Of a stretch of DNA of 64,000 nucleotides, positions 13,615-25,794 are shown piece by piece. Numbering within the stretch: position 1 is the first letter of the stretch; every line of letters starts with the position of its first letter. The position numbers were made by a program, and so were the translations under genes. The DNA lies in contig CP110440.1 in assembly GCA_026914245.1 (NCBI GenBank), forward strand, positions 1,116,001 through 1,180,000, in the 5' to 3' direction. The notes under the pieces were generated by a model. That model was given only the letters and a program-made list of their open reading frames with translations, was not told the DNA's origin and ran no database searches. This stretch comes from Puccinia triticina (Eukaryota).

Positions 13615-15282
13615 CTTGAGTTGAAAGATCCTAATGTTCTTATTGGTGGTTTTGCTTCGGAAATGCAGTAAAATAAGCTCGAGCCAAATATGTAAATCTA
13701 TGTAAATGTATACATGCAAACTATATAATTGGATATGTAGTGCATAGGCCATATTCAGCACACCGGTGATTCAGTACCGGTGCAAATGAGCAGATCAATT
13801 CACAATGTCAGGTGTTTGAGTACCACGCCAAGGACATCCAGTCAGAAAGAGGCAAAATCAGATGTGCTCTTTCATATTCTGAAATAAAAATTCTGGCATG
13901 GATCATTTATTGGATTTTTTGAAGCATTAAAGTGCTGGTGGAGCTGATAGTTAATGGCAGGAAAAAGAGTGCAGAGTATGTACAGTTTGTTAAAGTTAAT
14001 ATTTACGGGTGATCAGTAATAAGATGCAGAGTACAATTTCAAGTTTGATAATTGTGATTATGAAATTAATATCACAAGAGTTGTTTCTTTTTTGGAAGTT
14101 ATTTCAACTCAAGCAGAAAAAAGTACTCATGACTGCTGAAGAGTACTATGTAGCCAGTTGGAGTACATGAAATCCATTTGTAAAAAATAATAATAATAAG
14201 CTTCTTTGGAGTATCATGAGGGCAGGCATGATTTGGTTTTTAATCATGTAAAGATGTTGCATGTATTCCAATTAGCTGGTGGCCATTGGTGGTGTGCTCA
14301 GATTTCAAAGACTTGGTTTTCATCAATGACCACTAGCTAGTTGGAATGCATGCAACATCCTTACATGGTTACAAAACACTTAATGTGCCCTCATCCTTTG
14401 TTGTTGTTTTTTGGAGCTCAGGGTTTTTTTTTCAAAATATGTTTCACATATCTCAATGTGCTGTTGAGCCTTGGTTCATATTATATGTGTTCAGATTACA
14501 CAAAAGTATTTTTCATCAATGGCCACTACTCTTACCAATTGACATGCAGCATCCATGATGGTTACAAAACATTGATTTTTTTCCCTCATGCTTTATGAAG
14601 AATTGTAAAGTCTTGTTTTTGTCAGAGTATATCTGATTCTGTCCAACTGGCTAATGTTCATGCTCCACAGTCAAATATACCATATCAGCCAAAGTCATTC
14701 AAATGTGACCACTTCCAATTAAGATAAAGTCTGGAAATATTACTTCAGATTCCAGTTTCACCAACTTTAAATTATATTCTCTATCACAATCATCCTCAAT
14801 CAAACACTTGAACTCACCATAACTACAGTCTACGCCTGAATGGCTTTTCCTGCCAGTAACTGTTAGCCTCATTCAAACTTTCAATCCACCAGAAATATTT
14901 TACTATTATTTTTTCCCCAAAATTTACCCAAGAATATGAAATAGAAAATATGAAATTCTCTCCTATCAACTGTAATGCCTTGTCTTGGTTCCCAAACTCC
15001 TACAATTTACTTCCACAGCAAGATGTACCCTGCCTACTATCCACAGTACCAGAACTTCAAGCCTTCATAATCTTGATTCCATAATTGATAAATGAAATTT
15101 TGTTTCAGAATATGAAAAAAACACATAGAATTTTCCCTCCTCTCAGCTGGAAGTCCTTAGTGTGGCACCCATACCTTAGTGTGGCACCCATACTCCTTCA
15201 ATATAATTCCATTTCAAAACATATCCTACCAAATATCCACCACGCCATCACTTCAATCCTTGATAACAATTAATCCACAATT

Positions 15283-15428
15283 GGAGGACTTCCCGCCAAT
15301 CTGGAAACCCAGATTTTCCCAGATTTTGCAGGGAAATCTAGGCAGATCTAGGATTTGGGAACATTGAGCCCAGATTTCCCCGCAAAATCTGGAAAAATCT
15401 GGGTTCCCAGACTGACGGGAAGTCCTCC
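15283..15428. mobile_element. 146-bp palindromic MITE with 3-bp ATT TSD
   Basis: GGAGGACTTCCCG...CGGGAAGTCCTCC arms of about 60 bp; ATT on both flanks. Confidence 0.75.
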
Positions 15429-15739
15429 ATTGTTTCCTTGGATTTCATTTTAGAAATTAAACCTTTTATGTTCTTATTCAATCTTTAGAAATTAAACATT
15501 TTATGCTCTTATTCAATCCAGGTTTTAATCGAATTCATGTTGAGGAGCCCAAAAAGGGGTTACACTGGAATATACACGTAACACTTGTACGTGTATGTAA
15601 CACTGTTCATTTATTTTCTAACCCTTACCTCTTCAGTTTTCATCAGCTCCATCGCACCATCCTCATTTTTAGGCGGTTTAATTGCTTATCTCCACGCTGA
15701 TACCTCCGCCCACTCGACCATACATCTGATACATCTGAT

Positions 15740-18617
15740 ATGGATACGTTCTCATTCAACTCCGGTTTCCATGGTTCTCACGACGGCAGTGTATCCGACC
15801 AAGCCGATATTCCAGTTCCAACGGTATTTCAAGGCCAACAACACGCCCTAGGACAGCCAACCAACTCTGATAATCACAGACTAATATCCGAAACAGGTTT
15901 GTCCAAAGTCGTATCGGTCTAGTATTAATATCTTGAGGTTTCAGATTCTCAAATATTCTAATCCCTTTGCAGCCTCCGACGAAAGCCTTCATGGAACGAT
16001 GGCTGATACTGAAGACCCAAAAGAAGCGCGTCCGGGTCCAGACAAATCTAAACTTACAGCTACTCAGATGGCACACTTTCTAACGTTAGATCCCTCAAGC
16101 CTTCGTGCATCTGCGGCTTCCTACGCCACTCGGAAACGTATGACCGATGAGATGAAGGAGGAACTCGAAGAAATGTATTACGAGTTCCAGTGTGAAGTTG
16201 CCCGGCTAGCTATCCAAAATCGAGTCGGATCTCATCTCTACTTCGATCACTTGGGTCAGACTCGAAAGGTCAGAGGTGGCACATCCTGGAATAACTTCCA
16301 GAAATATGATCCTGAGGCACAGAAGCTATTTGATGAATGTCAGTAACCAATTTCACCTCTCTTATGTACGGAGAAAACTGAATTCTTTCGTGTTCGGATT
16401 TTCTAGTTGGTTGCGAGCAGGGTCGTTCAGAGGTATCTGCTCTATGGGCCACCAAATCCTTGCCGCAAAAGCTTCGCTATCGAGACATGGATTATTTGAA
16501 AACCTTGCGTGAGGTATCAACTGGATCAGCAAGCTCTAATGCTCCCCATCTCAAAACTGTACTACACGCCCCTCTAGATCAAGAGAATGATCAGGTACGT
16601 TTGAATGGACGAATCCAAGTTTCCAAGGTCTTGTTACAGAAAACTGCCTTGTTGGTTTCGGAGTGGGTAAAAAAGACCCAAAGTGATGTAAGTTCATTCA
16701 ATCTGGAAGATTTGTAACCACATTCTGACAGTCACTTCTCTGCAGTTGGACTCTTTTGCATTCTTCCACCAAGTCAAGGGTTTCGTGGTCATTGCTTCGT
16801 GCCATCCAAAGAGCCTGATTTTTCATAAATTTGGATCTCCGGTCGGCAATCGGTTTCTAAGGATGTTGGCTCAACAACGAGAGACGGACGCGGCCGCTGA
16901 GTTTCATACCTGGACGGCGGCCCAAGCCATTCAAGTTAGTAAAGGTTGTGCCAGTGGGGCAGGTGTTCCACCAACAGGCCATACCAAGATTTTTGATGAT
17001 GTTTCTGAAAAGTTCCGAGTTGGTAAGCACCATCATTTTCTTTTTTTACTTGCACCTTTCTCACTTGTATTGAATGGGCTTGCAGGTAAACATAACAAAA
17101 ATATTTCGGCTATCCGTCACAAGCTCAAGGATTTGATCTGTGAGTATATTTGACCGATCACTTATCATCTCCCTCAGATCCAACTGAAATATGATTTTCT
17201 ATCTACAGATATTGCTAGTGGTCGTAAGATTCACACTTCATGGCCCGGTGAAGACACAGATTATGACTTAAGACGCCTGAAGATTTCACTCAAAATCAAC
17301 CACAACGAATGGAGCATTGTTCCAGAAGATTTGAAACAGCCATTGGTGAAATTAAGTTCGGGGCAGGCAATGGGAACCTTGGCTTGTTTGGGATTGAACA
17401 AGATTCACTTAACCTACCATCCTGACTGGGAGGATATACCGCCCCGCCCCCGCCGAAAGAATAAAAAGAGGAAGGACGTTGGCGAAGGCAACAATGATAC
17501 GGAACATACTGCCCACAATCATGATCATCCACCTCAAGGCAAGCACCCTTGCGTCCGTGACAGTTCCCCAGCAATTGACGCTCCTGCGACTGATCTGAGA
17601 AACGGTCTGGCCGATCTGACAAATTGTCCTTCTGCTCCGTCTAACGCTCCCGCTCCCGCTGCAACTGCTCCGTCTGATTCTCCAGCTCCTGCTGCTCCGT
17701 CTAGTGGCCCCGCTGCGTCTGACGATCCCGCTGCTCCGTCTGACGCTCCCGCTCCCACTGCTCCGTCTGAAGCTCCTGCTCCCGCTGCTCCGTCTGACGC
17801 TCCCGCTCCCGCTGCTCCGATTAACAATCCCGCTGCTCCATCTGATGCTCCCGCTCCCGCTGCTCCGTTTAACGATCCCGCTGCTCCGTTTAATGATCCC
17901 GCTGCTCCGTCTGACGCTCCCGCTCCCGCTGCTTGGTCTAATGATCCCGCTGCTCCGTCTGATGCTCCCGCTCCCGCTGCTCGGTCTAATGATCCTGCTG
18001 CTCCTTCTGACACACCCGCTGCTCCGACCAACGTTCAAAACGGTTGCCCAGCTGCTTCCACTAACCGTGCTGCTGTTAATGATCCCGCTGCTCCGTCTGA
18101 CACACCTGCTGCTCCGACCAACGGTTGAAGCAGTTGTCTAGCTGCTTCCACTAACCGTGCTGATGTTAATGATCCCGCTGCGCCGCCTGAAACTCCCGCT
18201 GCTCCGACCAACAGTCAAAATGGCCGTCCAGCTGCTTCCACTAACCGTGCTGCTGCTGCCACTAACGGTTCTGCGGCTCAAAAGAAGCGTGTACGACCAA
18301 TCAAAAAACTCCCCAAGAGCAAGTCAACCACCCCATCTGCACTGCAGGCTACTGTAGACCCTGCTCCGTATAACAATCCCGCCGCTCCATCTATCAATCC
18401 CGCTGCTCCGTCTATCAATCCCGCTGCTCCGTCTATTAATCCCTCTGCTCCGTCTATCAATCCCGCTGCTCCGTCTATCAATCCCGCTGCTCCGTCTGAC
18501 GCCACCACTCCCGCTACCGCTGGTGACAATGTGGTCCCTCCTCTTCAACTTGTTGGCCTTGAAGCAGCCATTGACCCTCTCCTTGAAACATACAGCCTGA
18601 GTGATCTTAACTTCTGA
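15740..18617 (+). CDS. KDZ cargo gene: divergent HMG-box-like protein with a long Pro/Ala-rich repeat tail; in-frame TGA at 18126-18128
   Basis: Spliced ORFs MDTFSF...|ASDESLHGTMADTEDP...GGTSWNNFQKYDPEAQKLFDE|FGCEQGRSEVSALWATKSLPQKLRY show HMG-like spacing. The last exon carries (N/D)PAAPS repeats and the frame continues past the TGA to 18617. The HMG assignment is inference. Confidence 0.6.
17630..18510 (+). repeat. Coding minisatellite with 21- and 27-bp units (GATCCCGCTGCTCCGTCT...) plus longer ~90-bp units
   Basis: Directly visible; encodes PAAPSDAPA, NDPAAPS and INPAAPS units. Confidence 0.9.
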
Positions 18618-19100
18618 GCGCTGCACATGCTGGTCCTGTTATTCTCTATTGCCTTTTTTTTGACTGTTGTCTACTTGCTTGATCTCTGGTTATTTTTTTG
18701 TTTGAGCCCCTCATTTATTTGCCCGGTGGCTCTGGAAATGCTTTGATCTCCTCTCTAATCTCTCGCGTAAAACTACTTGAATGTTTTTGTCCTTGTCTTT
18801 TTGATTAACTATACACGTCCATCAGTACATAAAAATTGATGAAATCTACTGCATTTGATTAATTTTGACTAAAAGGCAGTCGCTGTGACAAGTTTGAGCT
18901 TTTCAATCATCTTAGTCCAACAATGTAGAGATCACAAAGCCTTTCGGAGTTACCTTTCATGTTGAGAATTGAAACAAGGAACATACAGGAATGTGGAATG
19001 AATGAGTTGAGCGCTTCTGAGAGGATGATTAGAGGAGAAATGATGAAATGGGTTGTACGGCCCTCCAATTTTGTATATGTAAGTATTTTTTGTACGCGAC

Positions 19101-19320
19101 TGTACGACCCTTTATTTTTGTGTAAGTCTTTATGTGAGGGTCTTATAAATGAAAGGGTGAGTGGGTGAGTTGCGAACTTGAGGAGCAGAAGCGGGGATAT
19201 GTCGGCCATCTCTTGCATGTTTGGCATGCTGTAGAAATACCCGCATTTCACCCTTCAAGGAGGCTTCTCGCTCGCGCGCAATGTATGCTTCGGGGAAGGT
19301 TTATAGGGACCGGTCAGGTG
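19101..19320 (-). repeat. Right TIR of the KDZ element
   Basis: Reverse complement of 9560-9779. Confidence 0.92.
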
Positions 19321-19970
19321 AACTTAACTAAGTCCCTCTATTGGAGGGGGGACGCCGTCCCGCAGGGACCCTCCGAAGGAGGGACTTATGCGCTATGTCG
19401 ACCCCGCGGCAGTAGAGAATTACAAAAATCTGACTTTTTTTTTTGATCCGCCATAGCACACCGGTCTGTTATCATACAATTACAAAGTCACCCAACAATC
19501 AAAGGGGCTTATCCAGCAGATTAACACTATCTCATTCTTGAGTCTCTGAGGTCCTTCCCTGCTTTGCTATACAAGGATCTTTGATTTCTTTGCTCCAAAG
19601 TGATTCCTTGGCTGAATCTGTAATAGTCCCTCATGTTATGTACAAACAGTTCTGCATGAAATACAGTAATTAACACTGTTCACGTAAGCTAAACATCAGC
19701 AAGATTGAAATAAAGCTTATCCCATTGTGCCAGCCAATTTGGCTGGGAAAGTATGCTGATGTATATCTCTCACATGGTCATAGATTTCTTACGTGAACAG
19801 TGCTATTCTATAGAAACATAATGACACTGCAAACATGATCGTGATAAACCAACATACATAACAACATCTTTAGGCATCTGCGATGGCCATGTAAGTAAAA
19901 ATAAACTCTGACCGCCTTGTTTTACATACCCAGAAGACTGCTCAAGACCTTCGCCCTATCTGCAAGAGCC

Positions 19971-22900
19971 ATGGAAGTCCTGCAGAACATACCAGTCAAG
20001 CTCAAGGCCAACAAGCTTCCGGAGGCCCTGTCCCTAATGTCAAACAGCTCACTTTCCGAACATATCACCACACGATCAATCCAGTTGTATCAAGATGAGC
20101 CCAAAGATCTTCAAGTTGAGGTGGTTTCTTCGCTTGTTTGAGGCAAACATACTTTTGTCCGCGTTGGCACTGGCTTTGGGAAAACTAGGATATCTGAGAT
20201 GTTTTTTGGGCTATTCCAAAAGAAGGTCGTTGTCCTGGTATTAAACCCACTTGATTCTTTAGGGGATGACCAGGTAGAAATTTTCAGATGCTCTGTGTAC
20301 ATTTCCCATGCTGAAACAAAGTTGTATTATCAAATTAGGTCCGAGAGAAGAAGCTTTTAAAGATAACTGCTATAAATCTCAATAAGATGACTTTGAGCTA
20401 CGACACTGTCCAAAAGATCAAGAAAGGGGATTTCAGCTTTGTTTATTTGGTAAGTCCCAATTGTGCATTTCCAAGATGCGGTGATTTGCTAACTCTTCAT
20501 CATGGCTACAGAGCCCAGAGGTTTTTCTGAATAACTCGCTTTTCACTGAGCTATTTTTTAGCAACGAGTTTCAAGACATATTATCGTTGATCGTTGTGGA
20601 CGAGGCCCACATGATTTACTTGTGGGGCCTTGTGGCATCCAAAAAAAGCAAGTCACTAATCATATTTGCACGTCTTGAAGATCGCGCAGTTTTCCGGCCG
20701 ACTTATGGTCTCATTGGCACCCGGCTCATGGCAACAAACAAGGTCCCGGTTTTACTACTCTCGGCAACCTGCCGCCCTATTGCCGTATCTGCAATAACAA
20801 CGAGTTTGATGCTTCAGCCCAGCGATATCAACATGATTGATCGCGAACTTACAGCCCTTCCAGAAAAGGATGGCACTTGCGAGGAATTACCGCACCTCGC
20901 TTGTGCAAATCCTTGCACTTCGTGATACAAGTAAGTTTGCAGTGGAGCTTAAGCTTAACCATGTAGCCACATGCTATGTCCGACCGAACCAATTCGCCCC
21001 CCCAGCAGCGGCTGGATCCCGCTCCCCCCCCCCCCCCCCCATCAATTCCACCGCCCAGAAACCGAATTGCTGAATCCCTTCCCCACGCCCTGGAAATCGG
21101 CGAAAGGCCACCAATAACTGCAAGACAGCGAATCGGACCGCGAATCCATTCTGAATGCCTGTGGCACAACGAACCACCTAGTCCGACTGCTTTTCAACAT
21201 TGGCGTTAGCGCCGCAGTTATGTACACGTAATGCTGCTTTAAAGCTTGAGGTGAAGATTTCCTTGCGACCCGATCGGCCTTTTTTTGCATAGAACTGACA
21301 TTCAAAAAAATTCACGATTGACTCAGCCCCAGCAATTTCCATTGGTTACAATCTACTGCCGTCCAGCGGGCTTGAAGGTATACCTAATCTCTTATCCTTG
21401 CGACCGCATTAAGAGCCTTACGTTTTGCAATTTTTTTGGCTGCTTACCTTTTACATTGATGGGAAAAAATTGAATCAATTTATGTTATGATTCATGCCAC
21501 TGTCTTGTTTTTTAATCTCAATTCTTTTGCGTTCTTGTTCTTTGCATTTAGTGGAATGGAGATCTAGATCTAGTGCTAGTTTTACATTCAAGCATCTTCC
21601 TGAGCCAACCAAGATTCCATGGATCTAATGACCAAAAAGTGGTATTAATTTATGTTCAACCAAAGTGGAGTTCTCAAGAAAGAGTACATTGAGAACTTCA
21701 CATCAATCCATGCAGAAAACATGTGGAATTCATCATACAGGGGACAGCTCTCTCTGCCTTTGTCACAGTTGACACATTTTGTGAAGTCTCTCTCGTGGTT
21801 TGACAGAAGATCGGAGTATATAAATTACTTTGTGTTTTGAATGAGTACCCAATTATATTTTTGGGACTTTCATAAGCAGTTTGATTCTTCTACCAAGTGT
21901 TTCTTTTTGGGTAGCTTTTTTGGAGGTGGATTGGCGTGGTTCAACAATCTAAAAAAATTGTGCGCATTCTCAACCGCACAAATACATAACAATTAACCAA
22001 CTCTCTGGCTCAACGCTTTGAATTGCCAGAAATTTACCCAACTACATACAAATGCATACAGTGGCTAAGCTTATTCAATTTTTCATTTTGAATCCACCCA
22101 AAAAAGTATTAAAACATCAAGAAATAGTCTCGTTGGTTATACCAGATGAACAACCATAATAGCTACTTAAATATTTCATAATCTGGATGTATCCGTACCA
22201 ATTTATAAATATCTTTAATTCAATTTGATGTTTTGATGGGGTTATGTTCAAAAGTGGGTGGCTGACCGAAGGAAACGCGCCTGCAATGTCTAAGCTACAC
22301 TTTTCTGGATCACTGCGACGATTCAATGGGGAGCCTGGAATTTTCTGAATGTCAGTTCCATGCAAAAAGAGACTGATCGGTTTGCAAAGAAATGCTCAAC
22401 TAGCTTCAAAGCAGCATTACACGCACATGACGGCGGCGCCAACACCAATTGTGAAAAGCAGTTGGACTCCGGAGGTGGTTCGTGGTGCTGCAGGCATTCG
22501 GAATGGATTCACGGTCCGATTCGTCGTCTTGCAGTCATTGGTGGCCTTTCGCCGAGTTCCAGGGCGCGGAGAAGGTATTCAGCCATTCTGGATGGCGGTG
22601 GAATTGATGGGGGGAGTGGGGGAGCGGGATCCAGCCGCTGTTGGGTGGGCGAATTGGTCCGGTCGGACGTAACATGTGGCTACATGGTTAAGCTTAAGCT
22701 CCACTGCAAACTTACCTGGATCACGAAGTGCAAGGATTTGCACAAGCGAAGGGCGGTAATTCCTCTCGAGCGCCATCCTTTTTTGGAAGGGCTGTACACG
22801 CCCCGAAATTCGCTTCATTCGAATCAAGATGAATTCGACTCTGAGTTCCTGCGATGACCTGCTGAGGATATTTGCGCCTCATACTAGTACTTCACACGCC

Positions 22901-24800
22901 GAATCAGTCCCTATGATAATCTACTCAGGGACCCGGAATTGCACATTCCAGGTGATGAAGGTTGTTAACGAGGCTCGTAATACAAAGAAGCACGAGTATG
23001 ACCCTGAGGATCCATTCATCCGGCGATATCACTCGGTTACCAGCGATGACGACAAGTTGCGTACTATGGAAGACTTTGGGGATGCGAAGGTCCCAGTAAT
23101 TTCCGCGACAATGGCGTTGGGACTAGGGCAGAATCTCAAGCGCGTGCGGTGTGTTGTGCACATGGGGCGGGGAGACCCATCAGCCATTGTGTAAATGGTG
23201 GGGAGATGTGGTCGAGATGGGAGACGCGGCCTGGGGTTGTTATTCATGGAGCCGTCACGCAAGAATGGCAAGAATGACGTGGGCGATTTCGAAGATGGCT
23301 TGGTGCAGAATGATGACGACAGGATGGATGCACTAGCTGTCACAACAGCTTGTTTGAGGATAGTCCTCAATGTAGATAACAAGTGTGTATGTTCAGCTGC
23401 CTGTGACTTAGATGTACGTTGGTCTGATTACAATTATCATCAGACTTGGGTACATCCCTCTATCAGGCAATGATCCGACCGTCCTGGCTGAGAGGATGCG
23501 AGAAGAAAGCGCAGGTTTTTGCAAATGTGATTGTTCAAACTGTTCACCTGAGGATGCCGAGGCTCTTATAAATATCATCCAGCAGATGACTGTCTCTAAC
23601 TTCGATCAAATTCTCGACGACCCTACGTCTATCCAAAAGGATTCCTCAATAGTCACAATGTCTCGGCAGCGAAAGAAGGGGCCACCGAAGGGAACATGTA
23701 GATATCCACAGCACGTGGCCGAAGATCTTGAAGAACATTTGCTGCACAATTTTCAGAGTTTCTACATTGATTTCTTGGGGACTCCGAAGCCTGAATTCCC
23801 GCCGTCCACCTTCTTTGGGATTCAACATGCAAAATCAATTGTCGGTTCTATTGATCAGATTTGTGATGGTGATAATCCAAACAAAATTCTGCTCGAGAAA
23901 ATCATAGGTGGTCGTTGTTTTGACGGGCAGATTGAGTCTCTGGCGTTGGCCATAACCAATTGGATGGAGGGTGAATTCTATCAACTTCACTTAGCTACGG
24001 TCGCCAAGCTGGATAGCTTCATAGAAGAAGAGGGAATTCGTGTCCACGCTGAAATGGCTGCTAAGCTTGCTCAACTTCAAATCAACGAATCAGCACGTCG
24101 GACGGCAGAGAAAGAGGCTAGGTTAGCAGCAAGGGACGCGGAAAAGGCACGCGTTGGGGCTGAAAGGGCTGCTGAGAGATTGCGCAAGGCAGAAGACCGG
24201 GCAGAAGAGATAGAAAGGCTCAAGGGGGAGAAAGCCGCGGATAAATTGCGCAGGGACGAAGAAAAACAGGCAAAAAAATCACGCGAGTTACAAGAACGGG
24301 CATACATCAAGGCAGCAAAAAAGGCTCAGGCGGATGAAGACAAGGCAGCAAAAAAGGCTCGCGCAGACGAAGAAAAGAAAACAAAGGCACCAGTCAAGCA
24401 GATTGAGGAAAGGCAGGCCGCGGGGGCATATCTTGTCCAAACTGAATCGGCTGTTCATGCGCTTGAAATTGCAGTTCAGAAAGAGTTATCTCAGGCGCGG
24501 GTAGCACAAGATCGAGTCCTTGTGCGCAAGAGAACGACCGAAGAGAATAGGTTGGATGACGAGGTAAAGGCGGCCGATCGAGGATTACGCCGAGCAGCTG
24601 CGGAGGCTTCCAGGGTGGCGACAGAGGCGAAGAAGCATGCAGAAAAAGAAGCGCGTCGAGTGGACATAGAGACCAAGAAAGTGGGCGCTCAAGCTAAACG
24701 AGTCCAACAGAATCGACAACATATGGTCAAGGTGCTATGTGACAGTCAGATTCAAACACCTTGTGATGAGATGCGCGCTCAACTTGCCAGGGGCGGCTAA
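19971..24800 (+). pseudogene. RecQ-like superfamily 2 helicase of AcademH, disrupted
   Basis: Walker A GTGFGKT, VLNPLDSL, VVDEAH, LLSAT, ATMALGLGQN, (Q>*)MVGRCGRDG, Zn cluster CKCDCSNC and a charged coiled-coil tail. Premature stops at 20139-20141 (TGA) and 23192-23194 (TAA). A 1.9-kb insertion at 20852 splits ...DRELT|RPEIRFIR. Confidence 0.9.
20852..22794. mobile_element. Non-autonomous Tc1/mariner-like foldback element with ~460-bp TIRs
   Basis: TA|CAGCCCTTCC...GGAAGGGCTG|TA. Arms 20852-~21312 and ~22335-22794 are inverted copies. Removing the element and one TA restores the helicase frame. AT-rich non-coding core. Confidence 0.88.
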
Positions 24801-25794
24801 TAGAAGAGTGTTATAATTGGTGTTAACTCACATGTTTACATTTCAATTGATTCTGAGCTTTCATCATTGAGGTATTCGTGCTCGAGCCCTGTTGTGATTT
24901 CCTTTTCCTCCGCTTCATGCTGAACATCATCTTCATCGTACATAGACATTATCCCCTGTGAGTATGGCTTGAATCGATTGAGTCCGCTCTGGAAGAATTC
25001 TTTTTGCATTTTGGCAATTCCGTTTAAGTAAAAGTCATCAATAGCCTCGTCAGTGGCTCCATCTGGGGGAGTTTGACCCAATCGCTCGCTCTCTGCCATG
25101 CAAAGGAAATTGTTGATTGAGTCCAAAGTCAACATGTTCTTGTGTGACTGGGGGATTACTTCGGAGCCAGATTCAAGTTTAAGGAGCTGTAAGAGATACT
25201 GGAGCTGTGCGGCAATGAAAATTTTAGTTAATTGATAAGCAAATGCGTACATCAGGCTGATTGAGCTTACTAAAGATATGTTACTAGAGAATACTTCTTT
25301 CAATCTTTCAATATCGGTCCCAATACCCGAATGGTTGAAGAAGTACTTCAGCCAATAATTTTGCACCTCAAGGTAGAAATCAGTGGCCATGAAGTGTCCC
25401 GGCTTCCCTTTTGGTGACAAAAGCAGGGTGTTCAACACTAATTGAGATAGAGATTCTGGAAGAATGTGATTTAACAGGACAATAAGTTTTGGAAGATGTT
25501 TAGAATAATGGGGCATTCCTCCAATGCCTTGGCTCATCACAGCCCATCTCTGCCACATGAACATCAGGCGGCCATAATCACCATCTTTCATAGCCGAATT
25601 GGCCTCCACAATGGTGGCAAAGTCTTATATCCGTAGCAAGAAGTTCTTGTGAGCCGGGCAGCTTTTGGCTAGATGAGATTGATGGGCTTCACCAGAGCAG
25701 AATCGCTCTGATGTGACCTCAACCCAATCTTGAATAGTCTCGCTAGATAGCTTGAGTTGGTCAGCTTGTAATGGCACATGAGCTCGGTTGGCCA

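Larger units (their letters stand above)
9560..19320 (-). mobile_element. Full-length CxC1-KDZ (Kyakuja-Dileera-Zisupton) DNA transposon, 9761 bp
   Basis: 220-bp TIRs at 9560-9779 and 19101-19320 (CACCTGAC...GTCAGGTG, about 10 mismatches). Perfect 8-bp TSD AACTTAAC at 9552-9559 and 19321-19328. Encodes a KDZ transposase and a divergent second gene. Confidence 0.92.

Noticed and set aside
15740..18617. TET/JBP dioxygenase expected beside a KDZ transposase
   Set aside because: No HxD...H...R 2OG-Fe(II) signature or double-stranded beta-helix pattern recognised in the cargo gene.
17409..18626. Long antisense and alternative-frame ORFs (RRSSG, GAAG and LLRL repeats)
   Set aside because: Shadow frames of the in-frame coding minisatellite.
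19971..24800. Host RecQ/SGS1 gene, or a Helitron
   Set aside because: It lies inside TIRs with a 9-bp TSD, shows no HRDC-type host architecture, and is an SF2 DEAH helicase rather than a Pif1 helicase with a Rep domain.
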